This document shows positions 61,236-64,000 of a DNA stretch of 64,000 nt, in pieces. The notes under the pieces were generated by a model. It was not told the DNA's origin. It saw nothing but the letters and a program-made list of their open reading frames with translations, and did not search any database. The stretch is from the NCBI GenBank assembly GCA_051313645.2, contig JBNRSN020000007.1:275094001-275158000 (forward strand), in the 5' to 3' direction. The translations under genes were made by a program, and so were the position numbers. Positions within the stretch are counted from its first letter, which is position 1, and every line of letters begins with the position of its first letter. Origin of the DNA: Centroscyllium fabricii (lineage: Eukaryota).

Positions 61236-62990
61236 ATATGCAGCGATATGCAGCAAAGGTGAGCACATGGGTTTGAGGTACAGATCAGCCATGATCTAAC
61301 CGAATGGTGGAAGTGGCTGGAGGGGCTAAATGGCCTCCTCCCATTCAACGTTCCCTCTGCCAGTCCCATGCAGCCTGGGATCGGATTTTTCAATGTTAAA
61401 TTTCGCGCATAAATGAAACTGTGAATGGGCCACGCAGCCCCTTAAAGAACATAAGAACATAAGAAATAGGAGCAGGAGTAGGCCAATCGGCCCCTCGAGC
61501 CTGCTCCGCCATTCAACAGGATCATGGCTGATCTGATCCTAACCTCAATTTTATTTTTACTCTCCACCCTGCCCAGACCCATGTGATCACCTGGGACCGC
61601 GCACCCCACAAAATTAGCAGTAATATTGCTTCTGTTCCTATAAAATATGATTTATAAAATCATGTCACCAGTTTGCAGGAATCCAGAAGTGTTATTGGTA
61701 CTATGAAAGTTTTAATGCTTGGCTAAATATTTTTAGGCTGGATTATTCTGTACTCTTGGAACTCAAACAAAATTCTAATCACCATCCTGAAGAGGGTCTC
61801 ATACCTCAGGGCTTCATTGCGCTCGGCTTCCTTCCAACGTATACTGTTGATGCCTGCCCAAAATGACTTTGCATCAATGCTAAAAGTTGTTATGTCAGTA
61901 TAGGCTGAGTGTGTTGTAAAAGGATGCAGAAACAGTGGTATACAGTGACATCAGATGATGTTATTGGAATAGTTTGGTTGCTAGGGAAGGTTCCCATGGC
62001 TTATATTGACCAAAGTGCATATTGATTTGTGTTTAACTCTTGCTGTGCTTTATGATACTATTTTAATAATTATCAAAGTATGCGATTCAATAAAATGTGA
62101 AGATTCCAGCAGACTGCAGGCTATGTGTGCACATATCACATTACAGTGCAAACACCAGATCCTCAGTTAAATTCACTAACCATTTGTGTTCTTCGTAGCA
62201 TATTGGAGTATACAAAATATTTCAATCTATTCTATAGCACTTAACAGCTGCAAAGTTAACAGCTATTCTGAGCTGAGCCGATAACTTTAAGCGATAAAAA
62301 GCATTTTTGTGTCACAGAAATCAATTTGTACCTCAACGGATACATTGTGAGGGAAATTCAGCAGAGAGAATTCAAATCAGCAAGTAAAATTTGCCATATT
62401 TGGCATGCACCCATATGTTTTTTTAGAATTTGATGCTCAATAACTTTCCTATTCGTGCTGTATGTTTGTACGGGGCATGTGCTTTCTAGTATTACATTGA
62501 CAAACGTTTATACATATCAAGGTGGGGGATGTCATCTTTTGGAGCCTCAAACCTTCCTGTGTGACAGGAGCACTTGAGAAACCAGAAGGGTCAGATATCT
62601 AATAAAGCTCCCAATTTTGTTTTCCTTAATTGCAACCTCAATAAAGCATTCCCTAGTGCACCACCATGAATTTATCCTTTTCCCACACCACCCATTTTCC
62701 AAGGGTCTGTAAGCAAAATTACACATTTCCACTGAATTACAGGCCGTTTGGTTTCGTAAATGAAACTGAGCTGATCTCAGGAAACCAATTTCTAGCAATA
62801 TTCTTACATGCAGCAAATAATTCCATCAGTCTGGGCGGGATTAGAATCCATTCCCCCCAATTTTCGACCGATTTGACTGAAGGTGCTAATTCATGTAGGA
62901 AATAGTTCCATGGGGAACAACAGCTCTGGTTCGAGTGGTCAGTCTTCATATGTGAGCTGAGACAGTAAATTTGACAAGGCTGTTCGACCA

Positions 62991-63243
62991 AGTCCAAAGA
63001 TGTGCGGGTTAGGTTGATTGGCCAGGATAAATTGACCCTTAGTGTTGGGGAGGTTGAATATGTGGGGTTATGGGGATAGGGTGGGATATGTGTTGGTGCA
63101 AGCTCGATAGGGATATGGGGGGGAGGGCAGGGACAGGGTGCTGGGTTTGGATGATCGGCCATGATCTGATTGAATGGCGGAGCAGGCTCGAAGGGCCGAA
63201 TGGCCTACTCCTGCTCCTATCTTCTATGTGTCTATGTTTCTAT
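62991..63243 (+). mobile_element. V-SINE, 5'-truncated, long tail
   Basis: Matches 80-337. Confidence 0.85.
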
Positions 63244-64000
63244 TGGCCTCCAACTGACCTTCACAGTGGAGAACAACTAACTCAGGATAAAGCAAGACTC
63301 CTGGGACCTTAGTGCTCCAGTAAGTGAGCTTCCTGTGTGCTTCTTACATTAAATGTTTTTTTTGCATGTGCAGACTTTATACTTTATCCTTAAACAAATG
63401 GTACAAGTAAACCACGCAATTTTTGGTAAATATATTTATCTATTTTCTGAAGTTGCGACAAAAGTAAATTGATATCTGTTTGCTCTTTAAATATAAATTG
63501 ATTATTTTGTTGTCTAAATTAAATACTGAATTAATAGTTTCAGTATGACTTCATTATATTCTTTTTATTATGTTTTAAATACACAAAACAAAATTGAATT
63601 TTGAAGAAAATAACACGTTTTACAATATCCAACAGGTAGTATTTGACCAGGGCTGGTTCATTCCCTACAGTATAAAAATATAACCAACATGCCATATTAA
63701 TTATTCTAAACATTGTGACACTAGAAATGAAACACAATACATGAACTGTGCCAAGGGAGCTTAAGATAATATTATACACTATGAGTACTGAATATCTTTT
63801 GGCATTTGCATGCTTGTTAACTGCCTAAAATGATTTTTCAAGAGCTGATATCCGAGTATTTATCATTGCGCCAAGAAGTTTGATATCTGAATATTGTGAC
63901 TTACTACAGGTACTTCAATAGTATTGCACTATGCAGGGCAGTTTGATGCACCAATAGCTCTGCACCATGCTATTGATTTGTTTTATATCTCGATAGCTTT

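Overview
Vertebrate genomic DNA, most likely from a cartilaginous fish (shark/ray). The repeat content is elasmobranch-type: HE1-like V-SINEs, SacSINE1/DeuSINE-like elements and CR1 LINEs. One protein-coding gene is supported: GATA5 on the minus strand. It has six coding exons (33042-32514, 27414-27248, 25488-25363, 20324-20237, 16689-16565, 16208-16044) totalling 1200 nt (399 aa + stop), with GT-AG introns and matching phases. A likely non-coding first exon and promoter lie near 34.1-34.4 kb. The rest is repeats: CR1, Rex1/Babar, RTE and Tx1 fragments, a decayed two-ORF Harbinger, Harbinger- and Tigger/pogo-type MITEs, a decayed minisatellite domain and two Penelope-like element (PLE) families. 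The most interesting signals are (i) TSD-flanked palindromic mini-PLE insertions carrying a minimal hammerhead-ribozyme motif, with a young GIY-YIG-coding parent copy in the same window, (ii) MITEs built from YY1/NRF1 motif arrays, with multi-level nesting, (iii) SINE/LINE 3'-tail swapping, and (iv) GATA-site clusters and a uORF at GATA5. All calls were made by eye. Repeat boundaries are approximate, and no database searches were run, so novelty is unproven.
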